NCBI GenBank assembly: GCA_035510575.1
Contig: DATKGV010000008.1
Span: 68,618-132,617, forward strand
DNA length: 64,000 nt
Direction of reading: 5' to 3'
Source: Minisyncoccota bacterium
Lineage (GTDB): Bacteria; Patescibacteriota; Minisyncoccia; Phycocordibacterales; UBA9973
Shown here: piece by piece, positions 10,155-18,974 of the stretch
Numbering within the stretch: position 1 is the first letter of the stretch
How the letters are laid out: each line of letters starts with the position of its first letter
Program-made: the position numbers and the translations under genes
Notes under the pieces: model-generated
What the model saw: the letters and a program-made list of their open reading frames with translations, nothing else
Told to the model about the DNA's origin: nothing
The model's database searches: none

Positions 10155-10243
10155 CGCCCCCTGCTAAGGGGGAGATGCCAAGGGCAGAGGGGGTGCCTAC
10201 TAATTCACCCCTCCTCAATCCTCCCCTTATTAAGGGGAAGAGG
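10155..10243. repeat. GC-rich palindromic intergenic element, inverted copy of 7098-7186
   Basis: Hairpins CCCCCTGCTAAGGGGG and CCCCTTATTAAGGGG; the 3' half is the reverse complement of the 5' half of the 7098-7186 element. Confidence 0.7.
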
Positions 10244-10271
10244 AATTTTTTTAATTGTTTAGTAGCGCAAA

Positions 10272-11288
10272 ATGTCATATAATGTAATTGCGATGTCATT
10301 TAAAATAAAAGCATTATTCTGTTATATCATTGTTCTTGGCATGTTCTTGCTGCCAATGGTTTCTCGCGCTGTGCTTGAAATCGGATTGCAGGAAAGCGAT
10401 ATAAATGTAAGCACAGCTCCAGAAAATCCGGAGCCGTATCAAGATGTCAGCATCACTCTTAAAAGTTATTCAACTGATCTTGATAAAGCGATGATAGAAT
10501 GGAAGAGCGGGAAAAATGTGGTGCTGTCCGGCTATGGCAAGACAAGCTATTCATTTAAAGCTTCGGGACCGAACACTTCCACCGCTTTTAGTGTTACCAT
10601 AACGACTGCCGACGGATCTGATCAAATAACAATACCGGTAGTCATTACCCCGTCAGAAATTGAAATTCTATGGGAAGGATCTGATTCATATACTCCGCCT
10701 TTTTATCGTGGCAAAGCGTTCGTATCGCCGGATGGCCTTATTAAAGCCGTTGCAATACCGGATACTGGCATTATTTCCGATCAAGGAAATGTCACCTACA
10801 CTTGGCAAAATAACGGCAGCGCTGTTTTAGACGCATCGGGTTATAATAAAAACTCTTATGTGTTCCCAAATAGCGAGATCAATACATCTGAAAATGTGTC
10901 AGTCACGGCATCATCCGTAAACGGGCAATATAACGCCACCGGTTCCATTAAAATACCGATTATATCTCCCAAAATAATTTTCTATGAGAAATCGCCGACT
11001 GAAGGAATACTATATAATCGGGCTTTAGCCGATGAAGCATCTATGAGCGCAAACGAAAATGAAATGACCATAATAGCCGAGCCGTACTTCGCGGCGCTTA
11101 GGGGCAATGAAGATAAATTCACATATCAATGGCAGATTAACGGTGGGGATATAGACACTCCTGCCAATAAAACAGAATTGACCATCCAGCCGACTTCCCG
11201 CGGCGGATATGCCGATATAGGCCTTGATATGGAAAACTTGAACACGCTTTTCCAAAAAGTAAGCGGGCAATTAAGGTTGAATATGTAA
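10272..11288 (+). CDS. secreted hypothetical protein (signal peptide)
   Basis: N-terminal hydrophobic signal-like segment ALFCYIIVLGMFLLPMVSRA; Ser/Thr/Asn-rich beta-rich composition. Confidence 0.45.
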   Translation: MSYNVIAMSFKIKALFCYIIVLGMFLLPMVSRAVLEIGLQESDINVSTAPENPEPYQDVSITLKSYSTDLDKAMIEWKSGKNVVLSGYGKTSYSFKASGPNTSTAFSVTITTADGSDQITIPVVITPSEIEILWEGSDSYTPPFYRGKAFVSPDGLIKAVAIPDTGIISDQGNVTYTWQNNGSAVLDASGYNKNSYVFPNSEINTSENVSVTASSVNGQYNATGSIKIPIISPKIIFYEKSPTEGILYNRALADEASMSANENEMTIIAEPYFAALRGNEDKFTYQWQINGGDIDTPANKTELTIQPTSRGGYADIGLDMENLNTLFQKVSGQLRLNM

Positions 11289-11289
11289 T

Positions 11290-12531
11290 ATGAAAAAAAT
11301 AATTTTTTACATCTCAATATCTTTCATGGCAATAATTTTATTCGCGCCTTTTGCTACTAATGCTGCCGCAACTAATGCCAAGTTTTCCGGTCAAGTTGCA
11401 GGCATGACAACTGATGTTACCATTACTGCCAATGTTGCCGGTTCTGTCGGCAATATTACTTTAACTGCCAATAAAGTCACAGATGTTGAAGATTTAATTG
11501 CAAATTGGAATGATGATAATTCATCCAATGCTTTGACATTGACTGCGGGAGACGGGACTCAAATTCCCACGGCTAATATAGTCCTAACTGGAGGAAATAA
11601 TGCTAATAATGCGAATCCAGTTCCCGTCACTCCGATCAAACCAGGCGTAGCCAGCACTGTCTACAATCTTCTGGCTCCAATAGGCAATTTAGTTTGCATT
11701 GATACAAATACAGCCAATCCGGCAAAGGGCTGCGCGTCAGGCGGCATTGGGGATTATTTAAACATTATATTCAAGCTCGCTATCGGCTTATGCGCTGCTC
11801 TTGCCGTGGTTATGATAATCATAAATGCAGTCAAATACATGGGGCATGAATCGGTATTCGGCAAGACCGAGGCGATCGGAAATATATGGAATTGCGTGCT
11901 TGGCTTATTTATCGCCCTCGGCGCATATGCTCTCTTAAATACAATTAATCCGGATCTGCTGGGATCAAAAGGCGTAACAGTAAGCAATGTTACGATAAAT
12001 GTGGATCCAGACGCGCCTCAGCCAATACCTTCGGATGGCCAGCCGTATCCCGGCACAACTTATAAAAAAGGCGACGCTTTCCCATCGCCAGCAGTACCAG
12101 CTACTGATAACACATCGGATTTTTGGATAAGAAGCTATCTTAATGGATTGGGCATATCTGTTACTAAGGCAGCTTGCGTTAATGTCGGTGATTATGACTG
12201 TACAAGTTTATATAATCTTAATTATAAATATGTATATGCCCTAAAACAGGCCTGCTCGAATTGTGAACTGAATATTACGGGCGGCACTGAATTCTGGCGG
12301 CATGGATTAAACAGCGTGAAGAGTCACTATCCTGGCGGCTGGGTCGTCGACTTAGCAAAAACTTCGACTCTTACAGCATATGTTCATGGACTTACCAAAT
12401 TAAATCTTCCTAAATGGGGAAATGGCGGGGCAGATTGTTATTATGGTTCGGGATTGGGATTTGTGGAAGAGTTCGATCACTTCCATGCAATGAATAGCTT
12501 ATGCAATATAAACAACCAAGGTAGTATGTAA
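11290..12531 (+). CDS. secreted/membrane protein with a VirB2/TrbC-pilin-like double hydrophobic hairpin and an uncharacterised Cys-containing C-terminal domain
   Basis: Signal peptide MKKIIFYISISFMAIILFAPFATNA; two adjacent hydrophobic helices (AIGLCAALAVVMIIINAV ... IWNCVLGLFIALGAYALL) as in conjugative pilins; C-terminal 200 aa with several Cys and a DHFH motif. Confidence 0.4.
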   Translation: MKKIIFYISISFMAIILFAPFATNAAATNAKFSGQVAGMTTDVTITANVAGSVGNITLTANKVTDVEDLIANWNDDNSSNALTLTAGDGTQIPTANIVLTGGNNANNANPVPVTPIKPGVASTVYNLLAPIGNLVCIDTNTANPAKGCASGGIGDYLNIIFKLAIGLCAALAVVMIIINAVKYMGHESVFGKTEAIGNIWNCVLGLFIALGAYALLNTINPDLLGSKGVTVSNVTINVDPDAPQPIPSDGQPYPGTTYKKGDAFPSPAVPATDNTSDFWIRSYLNGLGISVTKAACVNVGDYDCTSLYNLNYKYVYALKQACSNCELNITGGTEFWRHGLNSVKSHYPGGWVVDLAKTSTLTAYVHGLTKLNLPKWGNGGADCYYGSGLGFVEEFDHFHAMNSLCNINNQGSM

Positions 12532-12548
12532 AAAGATATCATTAATTT

Positions 12549-13925
12549 ATGCCAAAGAAAACAATATTCATATTCATAGCAGTGTTTGTGCTCACAGGAG
12601 TGATAATGCTTATTATTTATTTCTTCATAGGCAGTTCAAAAACGACACCGAGTACGACAAACAACGCAACGACAAATTATCAGACATTTAATCCTTTCGG
12701 CAGCGGAACACAGACAGCGCCGGCAAATAATCAAAATACCCAATCTACTGAAACAACAGCAAATCAACCACAGCAACAGACAACACCGATTGTTTCCAAA
12801 TTCCATCAAATAACTAATTTTTCTGTCGCCGGAGCAACTTATTTTGAAGATACAAGACCGATACAAGTGACTCCTGCTACCGCTCCCACCACAACTGTTC
12901 CAACCACTCCAACAACAAATCAAACGCAGCCAGTTGCAAGCGCTCCAAATCCGACAAGTACTCAAACCAAAACAACAAAGATCGCTGTTCCAAAGTCAGT
13001 TCAGCCAAAATTTGAGACAGTTCCATCTATACGATATGTTGAACGGGTGACCGGGCATATTTATGAGATGTATTTGGATACGAAAGCAGTAAATCAGATT
13101 TCAAATTCAACAATACCAAGCATCTATGAAGCGATTTTTGACGGCAAGGCGCAAACTGTCATTTATAGATATCTAGGAACCGACAATCAAACTATAAGCA
13201 GTTTTATGGCAACTATGGGCGAAACAAAAGGCGAATTTCTGCCTGATAATATCACTGATATAAGCTTATCTCCCGACAAAAGCAAGTTCTTTTATTTGAC
13301 AGAAAATCAGAATGGCATAACAGGGACAACTAGGGCGTTTGCTGAAACTAAAAAGTATCAGGTCTTCAGCTCGCCGTTCACAGAATGGCTGTCGCAATGG
13401 GTCGGCAGTCAAAAAGTATTTTTGACGACAAAGGCCTCTTGGTCTGTTAATGGGGACTTATTCAGCTTAAATACCGCAAACGGATCTTTGACGAAAGTAT
13501 TCGGCGGTATAGCCGGTCTTACGACATTAGCCAATAAAGACGGTACGGTGGTTCTTTATAGCGCTTCGCTTTCTGATGGACCTAAGCTTGAACTCTTTAA
13601 TATAAGCAAGCATATTTCAAGCGATTTAAATATGTACGGCTTGCCTGAGAAGTGCGTATGGAGCAACGATAATATAAATATTTATTGCGGGGTGCCTAAA
13701 AATGTAGCGGGTAATGAGTATCCTGACTCTTGGTATCAGGGACTGATATCTTTTGACGATTATTTTGTTAAAATAAACACTGCAACATTTCAAGTGGAAA
13801 CAGTATCGGATGGAACCAACGCAGAACCTATAGATGCCACGCATTTATTCCTAGATAAAGGAGAGAATAATCTGTTTTTTATAAACAAAATTGATTCCAC
13901 ATTGTGGAGTCTTGATCTTAAGTAA
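12549..13925 (+). CDS. membrane-anchored protein with Thr/Pro/Gln-rich linker and C-terminal globular domain
   Basis: N-terminal TM (IFIFIAVFVLTGVIMLIIYFFIG), ~130-aa T/P/Q-rich low-complexity region, then ordinary-composition domain. Confidence 0.45.
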   Translation: MPKKTIFIFIAVFVLTGVIMLIIYFFIGSSKTTPSTTNNATTNYQTFNPFGSGTQTAPANNQNTQSTETTANQPQQQTTPIVSKFHQITNFSVAGATYFEDTRPIQVTPATAPTTTVPTTPTTNQTQPVASAPNPTSTQTKTTKIAVPKSVQPKFETVPSIRYVERVTGHIYEMYLDTKAVNQISNSTIPSIYEAIFDGKAQTVIYRYLGTDNQTISSFMATMGETKGEFLPDNITDISLSPDKSKFFYLTENQNGITGTTRAFAETKKYQVFSSPFTEWLSQWVGSQKVFLTTKASWSVNGDLFSLNTANGSLTKVFGGIAGLTTLANKDGTVVLYSASLSDGPKLELFNISKHISSDLNMYGLPEKCVWSNDNINIYCGVPKNVAGNEYPDSWYQGLISFDDYFVKINTATFQVETVSDGTNAEPIDATHLFLDKGENNLFFINKIDSTLWSLDLK

Positions 13926-13931
13926 TTTTTC

Positions 13932-14414
13932 TTAAATTTTATTCTCATTCACATATTTAATTATTATGCGGCGGTTTGAACCGGATCCTTCCGATTCTGT
14001 CTTAAGGTCTTTAGCTCCTTCCAAAAACATATGCACAATTCTGCGATCATAGGCCGGCATCGGGTCGATTTCAATATTGCTTTTGAAATATCTGGCGCGT
14101 TCAGCCATCATATGCGCTATATTCTTTAAATTATCAAAATGCTTTTTCTGATAGCCATTAATGTCAATAAAGATGTCCGTACTTTTTTCTTCACCTTCTA
14201 TTTTTTCAATAATCTTTTTAATTAGATGATTGAGGGACTTGAGTGTTTCACCATCGCGCCCTATCACAAGCCGAGAATCAGGAGTTTCTATGGTGCACCA
14301 CAGCATTCCATTTTCGTCAGTAAATTCGCACTTTGAAATAGAGCAATCTATGAGAGTGAATATGTCATTTATAATTTTTTTGATTTCATCTTGATTCATA
14401 AAAAGTTTTATCAC
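13932..14414 (-). CDS. jag: Jag (SpoIIIJ-associated) KH/R3H RNA-binding protein
   Basis: KH-like VIGRDGETLKSLNHLIKKI and R3H-like region (PMPAYDRRIVHMFLEG); conserved position downstream of yidC. Confidence 0.6.
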   Translation of the reverse strand: MIKLFMNQDEIKKIINDIFTLIDCSISKCEFTDENGMLWCTIETPDSRLVIGRDGETLKSLNHLIKKIIEKIEGEEKSTDIFIDINGYQKKHFDNLKNIAHMMAERARYFKSNIEIDPMPAYDRRIVHMFLEGAKDLKTESEGSGSNRRIIIKYVNENKI

Positions 14415-15163
14415 ATTGCTTGTTTTGCCATTTGTTTATTCAAGCTTTTTCTTATATACCATTCTTGAATAATAGTGAAGACGGTGCTTATAATCCAATA
14501 TAATGCAACAGCGGCCGAGATTTTATAGGCAATGAAGACGATAAAGAGGGGGAGTATGTATTTTACATTCATCTGCATGCTGTCAGAAAGCTGTTCCTGG
14601 AATGTTTTAGTTTCTTGCGGTTTTATTTCTTTTACGATTTCAACCTTCGGCTTAATTGGCGTCGCAAGATATCCTTGTATAAATTGCGCAACTCCGGCAA
14701 TAACAGCCAGAACTATGCTTTTGCTGTGCATTTCAATCAATCCTAAAAAATTGGTGTGAATATAAATAGGATAGTGCATGAAAGAGTATAGAGGCCCGGT
14801 ATCAAGAGACAATCCCTTATAAAAAACATAATATAAGGCAAAAATAACAGGCAGTTGAAGCAGGACCACCAAGCATCCGGAAAACGGATTGGTGCCGTAT
14901 TTCTTATATAATTCAAATGTTTTCTTGGCTTGCTCCTCTTTATTGGGAAAATCTTTCTTAATTTGCTTAATTTCAGGCTCTATGCGCTTCATCAGCACTT
15001 GGCTTTTTATGGACTTCTTTGTAAGAGGATAGAGTATGAATTTAACAACAATAGTCAATAGGATAATGGCAAAACCAACGTCGCCGAAGGTTATTGTATT
15101 AATTATAAATATAAGAGCATTGTAAATCGGCTGATAAAAGACCGTGTTCCATAATATATTCAT
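14411..15163 (-). CDS. yidC: membrane protein insertase YidC (short form)
   Basis: 250 aa, 5 TM helices, conserved segment YGTNPFSGCLVVLLQLPVIFALY; gene order rnpA-yidD-yidC-jag. Confidence 0.75.
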   Translation of the reverse strand: MNILWNTVFYQPIYNALIFIINTITFGDVGFAIILLTIVVKFILYPLTKKSIKSQVLMKRIEPEIKQIKKDFPNKEEQAKKTFELYKKYGTNPFSGCLVVLLQLPVIFALYYVFYKGLSLDTGPLYSFMHYPIYIHTNFLGLIEMHSKSIVLAVIAGVAQFIQGYLATPIKPKVEIVKEIKPQETKTFQEQLSDSMQMNVKYILPLFIVFIAYKISAAVALYWIISTVFTIIQEWYIRKSLNKQMAKQAM

Positions 15164-15193
15164 TGGTCTATTGTATCTTAAAAAAAATTAAAA

Positions 15194-15409
15194 TCAAATA
15201 AGGGGGTCATAACGGTTTTTTTGCCATGGATGACAGCGGCAAATTCTTACAAACCCGCGAGTAATGCCTCCAATAGCGCCATATTTCAATACGGCTTCTT
15301 TTGTATATTCAGAGCAAGTCGGCAAAAAAACACATGATGAATGCGCTTTAAGATTAATTTTTTGATAAGCATTAATAGTTGAAATAATAACTTTTTTTAT
15401 TGGATTCAT
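15194..15409 (-). CDS. yidD: membrane protein insertion efficiency factor YidD
   Basis: 71 aa with conserved Cys pattern (SSCVFLPTCSEYTKEA...RCHPW) typical of YidD/DUF37; lies between rnpA and yidC. Confidence 0.65.
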   Translation of the reverse strand: MNPIKKVIISTINAYQKINLKAHSSCVFLPTCSEYTKEAVLKYGAIGGITRGFVRICRCHPWQKNRYDPLI

Positions 15410-15720
15410 TTTAATTTTTTAAATAAATTTTCTATATCGCTTTTAATTTCTTGAAAGGACGCCTGCTTCCCGGATTTTTTATAAAAAAAGATGCCTGAAA
15501 TATTTTTAGATAAGTATGGAAACATGGCGCGATAGCCGATCCTGCGAAGCTTGTTCCTATCAACGGCTTTCTTCGCCACGCTCTTAGGCACCACAAAAGC
15601 GTATCGCGGCGCATTGCTATTGATATAGCGGAATATAAAAAACAGGCCAGAGAGAGATCCTCCAGTTTTTATAATCTTTTGGAATAACTCTTTTGTGACC
15701 CTCTTATTTTTCGGAAGCAT
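15406..15720 (-). CDS. rnpA: ribonuclease P protein component
   Basis: 104 aa basic protein with the RNRLKRR-like motif (RNKLRRIGYRAM); immediately downstream of rpmH. Confidence 0.65.
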   Translation of the reverse strand: MLPKNKRVTKELFQKIIKTGGSLSGLFFIFRYINSNAPRYAFVVPKSVAKKAVDRNKLRRIGYRAMFPYLSKNISGIFFYKKSGKQASFQEIKSDIENLFKKLK

Positions 15721-15729
15721 AAACAGATT

Positions 15730-15870
15730 TTATTTTTTAATGGAGACATTGGCGCGGCCTTTTCGGCGGCGGCGCGATATAACCTTTCTGCCTCCCGGAT
15801 TCTTTGAGCGAACTAAGAAACCATGGGTCTTAGCCCTTTTTCTTCTGTTTGGTTTATATGTTTGAGACAT
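15730..15870 (-). CDS. rpmH: 50S ribosomal protein L34
   Basis: Manual translation of the minus strand from ATG at 15868-15870 gives [46 protein letters not shown], a canonical L34; absent from the ORF track because it is under 60 aa; the 3' end is placed to within ±2 nt. Confidence 0.6.
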   Translation of the reverse strand: MSQTYKPNRRKRAKTHGFLVRSKNPGGRKVISRRRRKGRANVSIKK

Positions 15871-16012
15871 GTTAGGAATATATAACATAATCAAACATAA
15901 AGCAAATATGGGTAAATTTTTTAGTAAAGAATGCTAAAAAAATTTAATCCACACGTTATTAACATGTTAATCCAGATATTGCATTGCTACCTGATTTTAA
16001 AAAAGTAGTATA

Positions 16013-17374
16013 ATGACCGCTATGAATACAAATGAGCTTTGGACAAATTGCCTTTCAGAAATAGAATTAAATATTTCAAAGGCCAATTTTACAACTTGGT
16101 TTAAAAACACCTCCATAGTAAAAGAAGATAGCGGGACTGTTTATGTGGGCGTCCCCAATGAATTCGTCAAGGATTGGCTATACAACAAATTCCACAAGCT
16201 TATTTTAAAGACGCTTATTGAGCATAATAACGGGGTAAGAAGCATAGAATATATGATTTCCAAACATGAAGCTGGAAAACAAAATGAGGAAAATAAATCC
16301 ATGCCTGCCATTCAGAATATTAATAAAGAACTGCCTCTGAATGACTTATATATAAATAAAGATGACAATCTAAATCCTAAATATAATTTCAATTCTTTTA
16401 TCGTCGGGCCGTTTAATGAGCTGGCTTATGCCGTTGCCCAAGCCATCATCGCCAACCCAGGGCATAGTTATAATCCATTTTTTGTTTATGGCGGAACCGG
16501 CTTAGGCAAGACCCATGTGATCCAGGCGATAGGCAATACTATAAAAGTGAAATATCCTTTGAAAAAGATTTATTATGTTTCTTTAGAAAGATTTGCTATT
16601 GATTACATAAACTCCATTCAGAACAAGAACCCGAATTCATTCAAGGAGAAATATAGGAAATATGATGTTGTTATAATGGATGACATACAATTCATTTCAG
16701 GGAAAGACAAGACCCAGGAAGAATTATTTCATCTTTTCAATACTTTATATGAAAATAACAAGCAAATAATTTTTTCTTCAGACAAGCATCCTAATTTCAT
16801 TCAAGGACTTGAAGAACGTCTTCAGTCCCGTTTTGCTTCTGGGATGACAGTTCAAATAGTCGAGCCGGATTATGAATCGCGCATCGCCATAATAAAAGCA
16901 AAATTTGAATCTACCAACTGCATCGTGGAACCTGATGTCATTTCTTATTTGGCCGAATCATTAGATGGCAATATTCGCGAGCTTGAGGGCAGTTTAAATA
17001 CAATTATCTGCCAGTCGCAACTGAAAAATAAATCTCTCTCGCTTTCGGAAGTAAAAATATTGATAAAAAACAATATTAAGCCTAAAAAAACCGTTGCAAT
17101 AAAGGATATTGTGCGCATTATAGCTAATTATTATGGTATAGAAGAAGATGTTATTTATGAGCAAACCCGCCGCCGAGAAATTGTTAGAGCCAGGCAGGTG
17201 GCAATGTATATACTTCGCGAGGATTTCAATATATCATATCCGCTAATAGGGCAGAAAATGGGCGGCCGCGACCATACAACAGTGATTCATTCTCATTTGA
17301 AAATAAAAGAGGGCCTGAAGGTTGACCCATCATTATTGCAAGAAATAGAAAAAATAAGGATAATGTTCAAGTAA
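16013..17374 (+). CDS. dnaA: chromosomal replication initiator DnaA
   Basis: AAA+ Walker A GGTGLGKTHV, box VII/sensor motifs, C-terminal DNA-binding domain (RQVAMYILRED...IGQKMGGRDHTTVIHS). Confidence 0.9.
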   Translation: MTAMNTNELWTNCLSEIELNISKANFTTWFKNTSIVKEDSGTVYVGVPNEFVKDWLYNKFHKLILKTLIEHNNGVRSIEYMISKHEAGKQNEENKSMPAIQNINKELPLNDLYINKDDNLNPKYNFNSFIVGPFNELAYAVAQAIIANPGHSYNPFFVYGGTGLGKTHVIQAIGNTIKVKYPLKKIYYVSLERFAIDYINSIQNKNPNSFKEKYRKYDVVIMDDIQFISGKDKTQEELFHLFNTLYENNKQIIFSSDKHPNFIQGLEERLQSRFASGMTVQIVEPDYESRIAIIKAKFESTNCIVEPDVISYLAESLDGNIRELEGSLNTIICQSQLKNKSLSLSEVKILIKNNIKPKKTVAIKDIVRIIANYYGIEEDVIYEQTRRREIVRARQVAMYILREDFNISYPLIGQKMGGRDHTTVIHSHLKIKEGLKVDPSLLQEIEKIRIMFK

Positions 17375-17602
17375 ATTATTATATTAAAAAAAATAAAGAG
17401 TGTGGAAAAAGTGTGCCTGTAATATTTGAAAATGTGCATAACTTCAATGAAAATATTAAAATAATAATTACTTAATAATATATAAATGATTAAAAAATAT
17501 TAAAAAGCAAAAGTGTTTGAATTTTAAAAGATTAAAAAACAATCCACATATCCACATTGATCATATTAATAATAAAGTATTTAAATATAAATTAAAACAA
17601 AT
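17375..17602. promoter_or_regulatory. candidate oriC: AT-rich dnaA-dnaN intergenic region with DnaA boxes
   Basis: The 228-bp spacer is almost pure A/T. DnaA-box-like 9-mers are tgtggaaaa (17401-17409, reverse complement TTTTCCACA), aatccaca (17541-17548) and tatccaca (17549-17556); the last two are in tandem. Another box-like TTAATCCACA lies upstream of dnaA near 15947. Confidence 0.5.
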
Positions 17603-18700
17603 ATGAAAATAGAATGTTCAATAGAAAAAATTAAAAGTGCGCTAATTACAGTTGATAGAATTACTGGCAAAAATTTGACGCTCCCGGTTCTCGGATCGAT
17701 ACTTTGGGTTGCTGCCGGCAAGACGCTGAAATTAAGGGCTACTAATTTAAGCATTGGAATTGAGATGGAAATAGGAGCGAAAATTGAAAAAGATGGAGTT
17801 GCCGCTATTCGCGGAGATATAATTTCATCTCTGTTTTCTGTTCTTGGTGGTGATGGATCAGTTTCTTTTGAATTAATAAACGGCAATTTGCTGGTCAAAA
17901 CAAAAACAAACACTATTTTATTAAAAAGCATACCGCATGAGGACTTTCCGACGATACCGGTTATAGAAGGGGAAAATCTCATAATACCGGCTAGAAAATT
18001 TATCGAAGGGATGAAGTCCGTATATTATGGGGCTTCGGTTTCAGATATCAAGCCGGAAATCGGGAGCGTTTACATATACCCTGAAAACGATACTCTTGTT
18101 TTTGTTTCCACGGACTCGTTCCGCTTGGCGGAAAAAAAAGTTAGAATAAAGCAGAACTTGTCTTTTAATGGAATACTGATTCCATTGAGAAATGTTGTTG
18201 AAATAATAAAAGTATTTGACGGAATTGACGGCGATATAAATATAACTCTGCAAAAAAATCAGATATCGTTTAAAACAGCCAATATATATCTGACTTCAAG
18301 AGTTGTAGACGGAGTATTCCCTGACTATAAGCAGATTATTCCCAAGGGTTCCAGCACTGAAGCCGTTATTTTAAAGCAAGATCTGATTTCATCTTTGAAA
18401 ATCTCCAATATTTTCTCTGATAAATTCAATCAAATAACATTTAAAATCAATCCGCCGGAAAAGATTTTTGAAATAGAATCCCAAAATGCCGATGTGGGAG
18501 AAAACACAACTCTCATCAGCGGCGCTCTTTCGGGTGAAAGCGTGTCTGTTAATTTCAATTACAAATACATATTGGATTGCTTTCAATCAATAACTGCCGA
18601 CAGCATTAATTTGGAATTAAACGGCAATAATAAGCCGATGATTATCAGGCCAGTAGGAGATCAATCTTTCATGTATTTGGTGATGCCAATGAATAGATAA
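17603..18700 (+). CDS. dnaN: DNA polymerase III beta sliding clamp
   Basis: 365 aa, three-domain clamp pattern, directly downstream of dnaA. Confidence 0.85.
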   Translation: MKIECSIEKIKSALITVDRITGKNLTLPVLGSILWVAAGKTLKLRATNLSIGIEMEIGAKIEKDGVAAIRGDIISSLFSVLGGDGSVSFELINGNLLVKTKTNTILLKSIPHEDFPTIPVIEGENLIIPARKFIEGMKSVYYGASVSDIKPEIGSVYIYPENDTLVFVSTDSFRLAEKKVRIKQNLSFNGILIPLRNVVEIIKVFDGIDGDINITLQKNQISFKTANIYLTSRVVDGVFPDYKQIIPKGSSTEAVILKQDLISSLKISNIFSDKFNQITFKINPPEKIFEIESQNADVGENTTLISGALSGESVSVNFNYKYILDCFQSITADSINLELNGNNKPMIIRPVGDQSFMYLVMPMNR

Positions 18701-18703
18701 AAT

Positions 18704-18967
18704 ATGGATTATAACCACATCAACAATTTCTTAGAAAAGTTTAAAACGCTTGTTTTTAAAAATGAAGAAGCAAATAAAATAATAGCCGAAGCAATAGAAA
18801 AGTATACAAAATTTCCAATAGAAGCAAATAAAATAAAAATAAAAGGAACAACTATAAATATAAATAGCTCGCCAATATTTAAAAACGAAATTTTAATTCA
18901 CAAACAAAAAATTCTATCTGATCTAGCCAATCTTCTGCCAGACAAAAATTTTAAAGATATAAGATAA
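18704..18967 (+). CDS. small hypothetical protein downstream of dnaN
   Basis: 87-aa ORF with tight 3-nt spacing after dnaN; Lys/Ile/Asn-rich. Confidence 0.35.
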   Translation: MDYNHINNFLEKFKTLVFKNEEANKIIAEAIEKYTKFPIEANKIKIKGTTININSSPIFKNEILIHKQKILSDLANLLPDKNFKDIR

Positions 18968-18974
18968 ATTAAAA

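Noticed and set aside
15880-16012. Promoter call for dnaA from TTGCAT ... TATAAT
   Set aside because: The TATAAT hexamer overlaps the dnaA start codon, so it cannot be its -10; the upstream region is left unannotated apart from noting a DnaA-box-like site.
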